64,000 nucleotides of DNA from Nageia nagi (taxonomy: Eukaryota > Plantae > Pinophyta), in the NCBI GenBank assembly GCA_050084985.1, contig JBITNC010000001.1, positions 188,170,001 to 188,234,000 of the forward strand, read 5' to 3'. Below the pieces are notes generated by a model. It worked only from the letters and a program-made list of their open reading frames with translations, was not told where the DNA came from and ran no database searches. Position 1 is the first letter of the stretch, and each line of letters begins with the position of its first letter. The position numbers and the translations under genes are program-made. Below are positions 11,473-22,640 of this stretch, in pieces.

Positions 11473-11955
11473 TGTTAGAATTTGTAATGAAATATTGTGA
11501 ATATCTAAACTCCTTGTAAATTCAATTAATCACTTAAGGGTATGTAGATACCTTAAGAGATTAATTGAATTCTTTAATATGTAGACTTTGACTTTACCAA
11601 AGTGGTTAGTTGGTAGGTTGAAGTTAGGTGATACATTTAATGTAACCCTAACCTTACCCTTGGGTTAAAGGAAGGTTAGGGAGGTGCTCTCAAGCTATAA
11701 ATAGAGGGCCTCTCCTCTTGTAACATAACTAAGTTCTTGGAGTAAGATTACTCTACTAGTTGTGTAGGAGAGGAAGAGAATAGTTGTAAGAGGGGCATAC
11801 TTGAGAATTGAAATACTAGTTGTGGATGTACTCCCAAGGAGGGAGGAACCACATTACACTTGTGTTATCTTGAGTGATTGTGCTATCTTGTGTATGATTG
11901 AGTTTCCTAGTCTTAGGTCCTTGAGGATTTGTTTAGATCTAGTTCAAATCCTTCA
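11473..11955 (+). repeat. 3' LTR of copia element 1
   Basis: Preceded by PPT AAGGGGGAG (11464-11472); followed by the TSD. Confidence 0.97.
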
Positions 11956-12369
11956 ACTTTTATGTGTATGAGATTGTGTTATTGAGATTATTCTTGAGTT
12001 GTAGTTTATAGGAGGAAGACTACTCCAAGGTGATCTTAGGTGTAAAAGACTTTTCTTCTTTTAGAGATATTATGGGATATCCTTCCATGACTTGGATAAC
12101 ATATCCCTAGTGTGTAATGCACTCTATGGGGTAAGATGATAAATATTGTATTTGTTTTCTCATCTTGATAGGCCTAGATTTGGTCTAATAGTTAGGATAC
12201 TAGCTCATATTGGTTATATAATTATTTATCCTTGATTATTATCTCATTATTGCTATGTCTATTATTAACATTATAACTTGTTAAATATTTAGTTTAATTC
12301 ATTTGTAGGATCAATTTTAAATATCTACATTTATACATTAAGCTATGATAACTTGAAAGAGTTATATTT

Positions 12370-13560
12370 ATGGGTTTTGGTGATTTGATATGGGCCACTC
12401 CATCATGAATTATTTTTTTGGTATTTTTTGAGTTTGGTTCTATCTTCATCCCATTTTAAAACCCTTGAACTCAAGTTAATGAATTATTTTTTTATCAAAC
12501 TACTATTTTACTATTTTTTGGTGCTTTAGAAGTTGCTATATGCTTTCTCCCTTTATTCCTACAGAAGTAAAATTCGTTCATTCCAACTTTCCATGGGCTT
12601 TATGTCTAGGAGATGCATATGTTGAGAAATTTAATTACCAAGAGTTCTAAGTGGATTGATAGTATTACTCATTTTCCATGGACTAGCAACTATAGAGATA
12701 TTTTTAACATACTTTTTTTTTTAATTATGATATGATTCATCTATAACATTTGATTAAGCATCAAGCATTAACTCCCTTGATTATCATTGGCTTTCCTCTT
12801 CAAGATCCATAACATTTTTTGTTTATAGATTTGGCTTAGTTGTTGCCTTATTGATAATAATTTAAAAAGGCTTTAAAATAAATATTATACTTAAAAGCAT
12901 TATCAATGACCTTGGAACTCAAAAATGTCAACCCATTATCTATCACTATTATTTTAAAATTTCAAATCTAGTAATAATCTTTTCTAAAAAATAATTTTCT
13001 CTTATTAATTATTCTCTATGGCTACTGCTTCAGACCTCTTAACATATCGATTACAACAATAAATCTTGAGCTTTTAACTTAATAGCTAGTGTGTTTTATA
13101 ACCTAAGCTATTTTCGAATGGGCTCCAATGTTTTTTAACAATATTTCATCATCCATATATTTCATCATCCATATGTCTGTTCAAGTATTCTTTGTGACTT
13201 TACTTCATTTTCCTAATCTTTCGATAGTACTGGTGGTTGAGGTGAGCATGTTAGTGTATGATGAGTTATATTTGGGGGTTTGTAACATCCAAGATCAAGC
13301 TTATGTTTGTCTTTATCTCCATAGAGTATTACGAGAAGTTGCCATCACTTGTACCTTCCATGAATACCCCCCTTTATATTATTCCCGATATGATCATAAA
13401 AAGCGAGTTAAAATACTAAGAAATTTGCTTGACATAAGGGTATATAAACTATTATTGTTGAAGTAATGTATGCAACTAAGGAAGCATTTGACACTCACTT
13501 TTCTTGAAGAGAAACTTCGATAAAGAGTTTGACATATAGAGAACTTCTTCCACTTTTACA
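12370..13560 (-). mobile_element. Highly decayed Ty3/gypsy (Tat-like) integrase remnant
   Basis: Minus strand reads FLEKIITRFEI...IDNGLTF...NYYQ*GNN*AKSINKK...LLVHGK*VIL, with a GPYQI (GPY/F) motif near 12380-12400. Many stops. Confidence 0.65.
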
Positions 13561-14103
13561 ATATTATCCTTATTCAAGAAATTATGTAATTACACATGCT
13601 AACTCAAATTTCAAATGTAAAATCTTTGGTATTCGCTTGATTCCATTAACAACTGAAACTTTAAGGAAACAATATTTTATAAATTACTATAAAATTCTTT
13701 TAAAGATACTAATACACTTACCAAAAGATAAGTAGTACAAATCCCATTGTATCTCTATAAATCCTATTTTCATTTATTTTCTATTATAATGTATTTTGTT
13801 ACCTTCACCCTTATATTTTTTTTGATGTTAGACTAAAGGAATTAGTAACTAATTACATTATTCTCCATCTCATCATGATTTTGAATCATACTCTTATTGT
13901 CACTATAACCTCCAATAGTATCAGGATAAATGTCTTAGCATCATCGATGATGCTAACATGATACCTTCCCATTCCATATCTTCATAAACATAAATTAACC
14001 ACTAAACAAAGACCCCAAACCTACCTTCACCGTTCATCATTATCATTACATAGATTAAATTTTATTAATGATTAATTTGAAGTAATAGAATAGTAAACAA
14101 TAG

Positions 14104-14285
14104 GTAAGTTGGCATGTTGGCTAGTTTTAGTCATGCCATTACCCTTTGGCCAAAATGAGGCCTGTAATTTTAATTTTGAGACGGTAGTCTATGCAGCGGA
14201 AGGGTTTTGTGAAGATGTTACCATCTGCATAAACACCTCTTGTTCAATTCTATGCTTTGAGATTTCCTCAACTGATTGTTTGCAG
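14104..14285 (+). other. Putative 5' UTR intron of the PPR gene
   Basis: Consensus donor AG|GTAAGT at 14104 and acceptor TTTGCAG|G at 14285, about 80 nt upstream of the ATG. No transcript evidence. Confidence 0.4.
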
Positions 14286-14364
14286 GTGGAAAACAAATCT
14301 CAACTGGAATGAATGATCATGTCTTCTGATTGTGGGTCAGTTAGCTGGCATTGCTGTTACAGCC

Positions 14365-16428
14365 ATGCTTTGCGGGAAATATCTCATCAGATGCTCACAC
14401 AAATTCAGTATGTGTTCGATTACGTTAATGCTCAGATTGTTTCATCAAAATAGGATAATAGAAAACAATTACAGTCACGACTATATCGACTCAAACGATT
14501 ACCAAAAAAATGACAACGCAAGTAGGGTAGTACCCAGAGTATCCAGTTTTGACAGTCACATTGTGGGTCTGTGTAAGAACAGTTATAATGTACATGAGGC
14601 CTTTACCCATGTGAAGAAAATGCTTGAACTGAATTGCTTGCCTTCCATCAGGACCTGTAATGTAGTGTTGGGAGCCCTAACTAGGTTTAAGGAATACGAA
14701 TATGCATTGGCGCTTTATCAACTCATGGTTAAAGCGGGAGTGGTCCCTAACAATGTCACTTTAACTACCATCGTCAATTGTCATTGTGAATGTTTCCAAA
14801 TGGATTCTGCTTTCCAAGTATTTGAGCAGATGCATGAACTAGGTTATGTTCCAGATGTTGTGGCCTTTGGGACAATGGTGAAGGGTCTTTGCAAGGCAGG
14901 CAGAGTGCATGATGCAATGGAGTTTTTTCAAGACATGATACACAAAGGCCACACACCTAATGTTGTTGTATACTCTATATTGATGAATGGACTCGGTCAA
15001 TGTGGGGACGTAGATTCTGCCCTCCATCTTCTTAAGCAAATGGATGAATTGGGTCACAACCCTGATGCTGTGACCTTCAACACTATGGTCAAGGGGCTTT
15101 GCAAGGTGGGCAGAGTGCAGGATGCCATGAAGTTCTTTCGTGGAATGTTGAGAAAAGGCTATAAGCCTAATGTTGTTGCTTGTACTACACTAATGGATGG
15201 ACTCTGTGAGTGTGGGAAGATTGAATCAGCTCTTCATCTTTTTAGGCAAATGGATAAGTTGGGTTACACTCCTAATGTTGTCACCTTTGGCACAGTGATT
15301 AAGGGCCTCTGCAAGGTGGGTAAAGTGCAGGATGCCATGGGTTTTCTATGCATAATGTTGAAACGGGGCCAGGAACCTAATGCTGTTGTATACACTACAT
15401 TGATGAATGGGCTGTGTCAATCTGGCCAGGTTGAATTTGCTCTGGAACTCTTTGGTAAAATAGATAATCTGGGTTATACGCCCAACATTGTGACTTTTGG
15501 CATAATCATCAAGGGTCTCTGCAAGGTGGGCAGAGTGCAAGAGGCTGTTGAGTTTTATAACGGTATGTTGCAAAATGTCCATGAACCTGATGTTGTTGTT
15601 TACAGTACACTGATGGATGGACTTTGTGAAAATGGCCAAATCGTTTTCGCCCTTGAACTTTTTTGGCAAATGGATGAGCTGGGTCATAATCTTAATGTTG
15701 TTACCTTCAGCACAATAGTCAAGGGGCTCTGCAAGGCGCACAAAGTGCACAATGCCATGGGGTTTTTCTGTTTAATGTTGAAGAAAGGCCATAGACCAGA
15801 TATTGTTGTTTACAGTACATTGATGGAAGGACTTTGCCAATGCGGTCATATTGATTCTGCACTCCAACTTTTTAGGCAAATAGAAAGTCTAGGCTATACT
15901 CCTAATATTGTGACCTTTGGCATAATGGTTAAGGGGCTTTGCAAGGTGGGCAGAGTGCAGGATGCCAAGGAATTTTTCCGCAGAATGTTGCGAAGAGGCA
16001 CCAAACCCAATGTGGTAATTTATAGTACATTAATGGATGGACTATGTGAATCTGGTGACATTGGTTCTGCTTTCAAACTTTTTAAGCAAATGGATGAACT
16101 GGGTTATGCTCATGATATTGTAATCTTTGGTACAATGGTTAAGGGACTATGCAGTGTGGGGAGGGTGGAGGAAGCCACCGATTTTTTCTGTGAAATGCTG
16201 CAAAAAGGCTGCATACCCAATGTTGTCATTTACAATACATTATTGGATGGACTTTGCAAACAGGGTAAGTTTGAAGAGGCTTTGAATCGTTTTCAGGAGA
16301 TGCTTGAAAAGGGTATAATTCCTGATTCTATATTGTATAGAACTTTGATAAATGGACTGTTAAAAAATGGATGTACAGAGGAGGCCAGGAAAGTCCTAAA
16401 TTGCATGGTAGAGCAGGGTCACTTTTAA
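14365..16428 (+). CDS. P-class pentatricopeptide repeat protein (about 18 motifs, RFL-like architecture), probably organelle-targeted
   Basis: Uninterrupted 687-aa ORF from the first ATG (the ORF track starts at GTG 14332). Tandem 35-aa motifs such as PNVVVYSTLMDGLCxxG and PDVVTFGTMVKGLCKVGRV; no E/DYW tail. The N-terminus is Arg/Ser-rich and poor in acidic residues, like a transit peptide. Confidence 0.93.
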   Translation: MLCGKYLIRCSHKFSMCSITLMLRLFHQNRIIENNYSHDYIDSNDYQKNDNASRVVPRVSSFDSHIVGLCKNSYNVHEAFTHVKKMLELNCLPSIRTCNVVLGALTRFKEYEYALALYQLMVKAGVVPNNVTLTTIVNCHCECFQMDSAFQVFEQMHELGYVPDVVAFGTMVKGLCKAGRVHDAMEFFQDMIHKGHTPNVVVYSILMNGLGQCGDVDSALHLLKQMDELGHNPDAVTFNTMVKGLCKVGRVQDAMKFFRGMLRKGYKPNVVACTTLMDGLCECGKIESALHLFRQMDKLGYTPNVVTFGTVIKGLCKVGKVQDAMGFLCIMLKRGQEPNAVVYTTLMNGLCQSGQVEFALELFGKIDNLGYTPNIVTFGIIIKGLCKVGRVQEAVEFYNGMLQNVHEPDVVVYSTLMDGLCENGQIVFALELFWQMDELGHNLNVVTFSTIVKGLCKAHKVHNAMGFFCLMLKKGHRPDIVVYSTLMEGLCQCGHIDSALQLFRQIESLGYTPNIVTFGIMVKGLCKVGRVQDAKEFFRRMLRRGTKPNVVIYSTLMDGLCESGDIGSAFKLFKQMDELGYAHDIVIFGTMVKGLCSVGRVEEATDFFCEMLQKGCIPNVVIYNTLLDGLCKQGKFEEALNRFQEMLEKGIIPDSILYRTLINGLLKNGCTEEARKVLNCMVEQGHF

Positions 16429-16908
16429 GGATATAGCGTATCCATGAAAGTCACCAATTTTATTAACATGGTTGGATCTTACCATTATAGTTATGTTCAC
16501 TTAAGTTTTTTTATATGAAAAGAAGTGCAAATTGGGCTAGATGTAGGTAAACCAACCAGTTATTTTCCATCACTATAAGCAAGAGAACCACCCGATCTCG
16601 GCTGTGTAGTTGAAGGGAGCATGTCCAACTTAAAGTGAACGTTGGTGATTTGCATTTCAAGAATTGCTGTTATGAATGTATTTGTGGTTTATGTTAACAA
16701 GAAATTATCAGTATGATGCTGTTTTTTAATTCAAAAGGATAGGTCTGGAATGGGTTCCTGTAATTCTGGATTCGGTCGTTAATACTTTGTATTGAGATGA
16801 AAAGAGAACTATTATTGAAGCTCACAAGTAAGTGCGGGACAATAAATTTGAGTTACATGTCTGATGTCTCACAGAAGCTTGGTGGTCCAACCAAGTGAAA
16901 GTGATTAC

Positions 16909-16989
16909 GGGGTTCACCTTTGAAGTAGCTGCAAGGTGCTTTTATCTCGGACGTTCAGCCTTGGAGTAGCTGCAAGGTGCTTTTATCCC
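16909..16989 (+). repeat. Tandem duplication of about 41 bp downstream of the PPR stop
   Basis: Exact 23-mer AGTAGCTGCAAGGTGCTTTTATC at 16924-16946 and 16965-16987. Confidence 0.9.
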
Positions 16990-18330
16990 AGGTTTGTGTT
17001 TGTAAATTTCAACAATTTTATGGTCATTCACTTAAGTACAATACCTTTTTTTTCAAGAATTTAAAAGAGATAGAACTTCTGTATCTTGGTAAATATATGT
17101 TGCATGGACAAAGGATTTGGTTTAGTTCCATCTTTTATTGATAGCAATTACCTTCACCACTTTACGTGCCACAGCCAAGCTCTTGCATTTGAGTCTTAAA
17201 GCTTTACCTTTCCCTGTCTTGTTCTCATTACCAGGGGAATGCCAAGCAACTTGGATTCAACTGCTAAATCACCTTATATGGAATGCTACACTTCGTAATT
17301 TGGTGATCCATCAGACTGTCTGTAGTTTCATTGCATAATAATATAAAATAGATATTATATTCAGAAGAAGACCCAAGGCAAAAATGCATAAGCTATAAAC
17401 CTTCGCATAAACAACTGCAAATCCAAAGCGTGAGAACAAGAGAATGTATGTTGACCATAGCCCTAAATAATTATGATGATAAAGTATGATCCAAATAATG
17501 TGAATATTCCAAAAGCAAGTGGTATTTATATACAAACCTTAATATCTTATGCTTTGCATTAGACAGTATCAACTAATATAAATGTGTTATTTGGCATAAT
17601 ATATGTTTATGAATAAAAAATAAAATAATGATATTTATTAAGTGTTAGGTGTTTAATGTCATGATCCTTATTTCTTAACACCAGTGTTTGAAAAATTCGA
17701 TACCAAGTATATACGTGTCAGGGGCCAAATTTTAAAAATTGTCAAAAGTACGAGAAAATTAGGAAAAAAATGTGGTACATTAAAATGTGAACAAACACAA
17801 AAAAATGCGAAAAAATGAAGAAAAAACGTGATACATTAAAAAAACAAAAAAACATGCAATTTTTTTTTATTTTTCGAATTCTCCTTAGAATATGCTTATC
17901 TAATTGCTACAAAATATTCTCATTCATCATAATTCATATTCATATGACATAGACAAAAATTATAAATCATAAGTTCATAACATTGATCATCGACAATAGA
18001 TATACAGAATCAAAATTTATGTCAAATCATAAATGTCTACTACCCAGTGCCAACTTGCCAAGTGCCAACAAGTACAAAAAAGTAATAGTGTAATACAATG
18101 TCAATCAAGGCATCAATGGCCTTTGCCCCTCTTATATTGGCCATCATAACTATATGATCTACTACCACTAGGAGAAACTTATTTTCCTTTGCCACGAACA
18201 TCCACAATAGGGAATAGATTGTGCTCCTTTGTGTGCACATGCTCCTCCTCTTGGGATTGGACCTCCTCCTCCTCCATGCATGGTAATGTGCCTATGCCTG
18301 TGTCAACTCCTCCCCTTGCTCAATACATTT

Positions 18331-19574
18331 AGCCGTAAACCAAATATCAGTAAACAATAATCAAATACACCAACTAGGGTTTCCAACACCCTCAGAAATG
18401 CAAACCCTACACCAACGTTAGTCCTCGAGGGCACACAACAACACTACAAGCATGATGTCAGCCTCCTAGGGCTTTCAATCACACTAAACACCCAACAATT
18501 GCTCACAATGAATAATTAATGAATTACATATATCCACAATGTCTATACTGGAAAACCAACATAAACAAACACCACAACAATGCCACATGCACAAATAAGG
18601 AACCAAGATGCTCAACGATGCCACAAGAATAGAATTGATAACACAAAGCTGAGATCCAATGCCCAATAGCTTGTATTATGATAGGAAATGAGTTGTAATA
18701 CAAAACCTTTTTCCAAGAGCTAGACATTGGCCTCACAGGAGCCAACTAGGGCAAAACCATTGAGAAATCCTCACTGCAATTTGCTGAACCACAGGATTAG
18801 ATCCACCCCCTCAGACCTTGATTCCTCTCCACCGAAGGAGCCCTCCTCAAACCCTGGCGACCAACTGAATGGTAGAAGTGTATCCTCAGAATGCCATCGG
18901 AATGGACTTGGTGACCCACCAAAGCCGTAGATAGTTAGGGATCCCAATGCCTGCCTACCCTCTAGACGACCCGCCTAGGATGTGTTGCTTAGCACCGTTA
19001 AGTCTTCTGCCCGAAGGTCTGGTATCAAGAAATATAATCAACAATCTATCTAGCAATGAGGCTTTCATGTCTATTTATACTTTTCTTTATGTCCGGAGCT
19101 CACCTCGAAATCATCCTAAGCCCCTCTTAATCCAACGTTGGGGTCAAGATGGTCAAACCAACCAACGTGGGGGTCATAAAGGGCCTTTATGCTGACGTGG
19201 GGGTCATAAAGGCCCTTTATGCTGACGTGGGGGTCATAATGGCCTAGATAGCTAACGTGGGGCTCTTGGAGTGCTCAAGTGCCAACATGGGGGTGTGGGA
19301 CCCTCCCCAACGCGGTGCAATCATGTTGAAGTCTGTCCAACCCATAAACACATACATAGACATTGGGATTCCCACAATCCAGGATCTCCGTACAACCCAC
19401 AAGCCAAAACTACTACTCAGGAGGGAGACGTCCCACTTGGGGCTCACAGTGAGGTCCACAGGACCCATTATTATTCTTGTTCTAAGTTACAATGAAGTAT
19501 ATGAAAGCACACTATACTAATATATTACTAGATGACCCAATGGGTTCCATTATATATTCAAGGGATACATCACA
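18331..19574 (-). mobile_element. LTR copy (same family as 23705-24843) inserted in the last hAT exon; left end uncertain
   Basis: Reverse-complement homology to 23705-24843 (e.g. CCCACTGTGAGCCCCAAGTGGGA). Minus-strand start TGTGATG at 19574. Confidence 0.8.
19133..19312. repeat. 30-bp tandem repeat (6 units) carrying ACGTGG/TGACGTGG motifs within the LTR
   Basis: Units start at 19133, 19163, 19193, 19223, 19253 and 19283. Confidence 0.88.
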
Positions 19575-22500
19575 AATTTTCATCTTCTATGATGTCGCAT
19601 GGAGTTGCATCGCTATATGTGGGATCAATGGATGACAAATCAATGAGTTCCACAATATACATCTTGTGCAATTGCTTCACATACAATCGCAGGTTGACAG
19701 ATGTACACAATATCATCCAAGTGTTGCATCGATAATCTAATAACATTTTAACAAATTTCACCATATGAATAGCAAATTGAATTGTAACTACAAATTTGCA
19801 AGAACTAAGAATCAAAATTAAAATGAATTAAATTGCTGGCTTGTTGTGCCTCTTGGAGTGAATTTTTTCAAAGGCACTCCAATTGTGCTCGCATCCTAAA
19901 GAGCTACATGTTTGACTGAGGATGTAGATGGTTACGTGTTGCAATTTAGGTGTACCACCTCCAAAATTTGTCCACCATACATCTTAAATACAAAACAAAT
20001 TACAAAAATTTAAAATTGGTAAAAGCCTAAATGTATACAATAGTAGTAATAAAAAAGTAAAAAACAACAAAATGAAGTTGAACAATTTGAATTTTGAAAT
20101 ATTTATTTTTTAGTTTGAACTTTGAAGTTTCCTCTCACCCAGAGAGAGGTCCCCACATGTCTCTATAGCTCCACCAAAACCAAAGAAGCCAAGTGACATC
20201 TTATACATCTCTATGTCCTTTAAGATTCGGGCACGTTTGGTGGGATCTCTTACCATAGTGCATATGCATTTCGATATCTAAATTAAAATTTAAATGCCAT
20301 TAATAAAATTAAAAATATTATGTTATTAACCAAAACCTTCATAAATTTTGTAGCAATACTTTAAGTTTATAACCTCATGATCTTTCAACATTTTGGAGCC
20401 ATGTGCAAATAATAAGCTAGGGTTCAACATGGCCCATGCTGCATGAATAGGGTGATGGAGCATGTTGTCCTGTCGCTCATCAATGATATTCCAAAAGATG
20501 TTGAGCTTGTTGCCAAACTCATTATCATCATTTGGACAGCCTCATAATATTTCTTAATGCTCTCCTTGGTCCTATCCATGGCCTCATACAAGTAGCCCAT
20601 AGCAGGCCTATCCTCATCAACTAAGCGAAAGACGATAACAAGTGGCCTAGTCACTGAACAAATATCTCTGATTGCATCCCAAAATTCCTATCTACCTATC
20701 AAGGCAATCACCTCCTGACCCTATAGCCTCGTGCTCAAGGTGGTAGAAAGCCACTCTCCAAAAACAAACATTACCCAAAGGTCGGACATGCTTTTGAGCA
20801 ATGATTGAAGGGAGATGAAATTAGAGGCAAACTGTGTGGCTTATGGGCGCAACAACTCCTTGCCCTGGGTGTATCGCCTCATCATGCTAAGAACTATGGA
20901 TTTATTATAATTTACTTAGTGATTGACCTTGCTTGGTCAACCACCTCTCTCACTAAATCCAATTTCCCTATGTCCTCCAAAATGAGATCAATGCAATGGG
21001 AAACACATGGAGTCCAAAAAATGGTGGGATACTTGTCCATAAGTAATTTCCCAACTAGAACATAGTCTGTAGTGTTGTCCATGATCACCTGGATAACGTG
21101 CTTCGCTCTCACCTCCTGCACAAACCAGTCTAATAAATTGAATAACATTTTTGAATCCTTTATTTGTGCAGATGCATCAATGGATCTCATGAATATTGTT
21201 CCACATGGGCAATACACAAGGAAATTAATAAGGATTCTGTCTTTCCTGTCTCTCCACTTGTCAAACATTATAGTGCAATCCGTTATCATCCAAGACTCTC
21301 TAATTGAAGACAATTTGGAAAAACAAAAATAGAACAACTAAAAATTAAAATACAACTCTATAACAAATTAAAATGTGACTAAAAACTAAAAAGTTAAAAA
21401 AATATTTAAAACAATATAATAATTAAAATTTAATGTACCTATCTCAACACTCTTGCTTGAGATCCCACACAAGAGGCCCTTGCACTTTTGCGTAAGTGGG
21501 GAACTTGTACCCAACCTTGATCGTACAAACTGCATCAAACATTGCTTGCCTATAAGGGCTCCTGATAATGTTGATTGGCAACCCTTCATAATATATTAGC
21601 TTGGCCACTAGCAAATTTACTTTTTTCTTCTCATTCTTGTTTAGGAAACTTGTGATAGATGGTTGGGATCCAAATGTTGTTCATGGCCCAAAGTAGGGAG
21701 AGAGTCCAACAAGTCTAGTAGCACGAGTACTAGAAGCTTGAGATTGACTATGACTTACACTTCTAGCACTAGAAGACATCCATGCTCCTAGATCCATTTG
21801 AATTGCAACCTTCCTAGCCCTTCGTTGTACTGTAGAGTCTAACTCTTTGTTTGCCTCAAGAATAAGGTTTGCACTTGCACCTGAGCAGACTTCCACATCT
21901 CTCCCTGTTTGTTGAGAAAGATGGAATTTGAACCTATTAATCCCTTCAACGAAAATCTTTTGACAAAAGTTTCATTGTAGCTTTTGGGGAGTATCTGGTT
22001 TGCCCCACAAATGTGTTATGTATTGCCAAAAAGAATCAAATTCCTTAAGCATTTTAATTAGATTGTAGAATGCAAGAGAAATGAGGAGATCTAAAGTGCA
22101 ACCCCAAAAATCTTCTCCTTTCAGCCCCAAAACACCAAATGATCTTGGACAATGTTCCCCTTAGCTCCAAATCACCAACACAATGCTCCCCTCAGCTCCA
22201 ATCTTGTTCCTCTCAAACCTGCAAATGACAAAATGAGGAGGGGTTTCTTCTATTTAACCCCAAAATTAACATTCTGTCCTTGACTGGTGGCAAATTTGAG
22301 GCGAACAAGATGTTTTTTTTTTGCGTATAAACACATTTTTTTTTCGCATTTGGGTGATTTTTCTGTCTTCTAAACCTTGCAAATTCATGCCATTTTGCAT
22401 TTTTTTTAGCCTTTGTACGCAATTTATTTGCGTTTTTGACCTTTTTTGTCAATTTGAAATTGGTAGCTTCAATTTTTTTGTCCAAATTCACATTTTTTTT

Positions 22501-22640
22501 GGAAACAATCGTGCAAAAAAAGGTGAAAAAATGGTGAGAAAAGTTCATGGGAGTACACAATGTTTTAGAGAATGTTTGTCAGTTTTTAAAAAATGAATAT
22601 TTGCGAATTTGGCATTTATACGCCGATTTTTTAAACACTA

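Larger units (their letters stand above)
3128..11955 (+). mobile_element. Full-length Ty1/copia LTR retrotransposon (young LTRs, defective pol)
   Basis: 483-bp LTRs at 3128-3610 and 11473-11955 with TG...CA ends and 3 substitutions. TSD ACTTT at 3123-3127 and 11956-11960. tRNA-iMet PBS, PPT AAGGGGGAG, and gag-PR-INT-RT-RH order. Confidence 0.97.
2040..12329 (+). mobile_element. 3' remnant (3' UTR, PPT, LTR) of an older copia-related element whose LTR is interrupted by the 3128-11955 element
   Basis: 2265-2689 is clearly homologous to the 3' UTR of the inner element (11044-11472). A PPT-like GGAGGGG precedes TGTTAGAA at 2690. The LTR resumes after the TSD at 11961 and probably ends at TCTACA (12329; tentative). 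Confidence 0.65.
18110..22052 (-). pseudogene. hAT transposase pseudogene (BED finger, DUF659-like core, dimerisation domain)
   Basis: Motifs: FWQY...FCQK...GINRFKFHL...VEVC (BED finger); CTIMFDKWRD...ILINFLVYCPCGTIF...FWTPCVSHCIDLILEDIGK; PAMGYLYEAMDR; WWTNFG...LSQTCSSLGCEHNWSAF. Interrupted by introns, stops and an LTR insertion. Confidence 0.88.
17682..22640 (-). mobile_element. hAT-superfamily DNA transposon (defective)
   Basis: Imperfect TIRs CAGTGTTTGAAAAATTCG and CGATTTTTTAAACACTA. Degenerate 8-bp TSD (CTTAACAC vs CCTGACAG). A/T-tract subterminal repeats and transposase remnants inside. Confidence 0.85.

Noticed and set aside
13128-13466. 112-aa hydrophobic ORF
   Set aside because: It is antisense to a decayed gypsy integrase.
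14332-14364. GTG start for the PPR CDS
   Set aside because: In a eukaryotic gene the first in-frame ATG is at 14365.
15346-15750. Antisense ORFs over the PPR gene
   Set aside because: Shadow frames of the repetitive PPR coding sequence.
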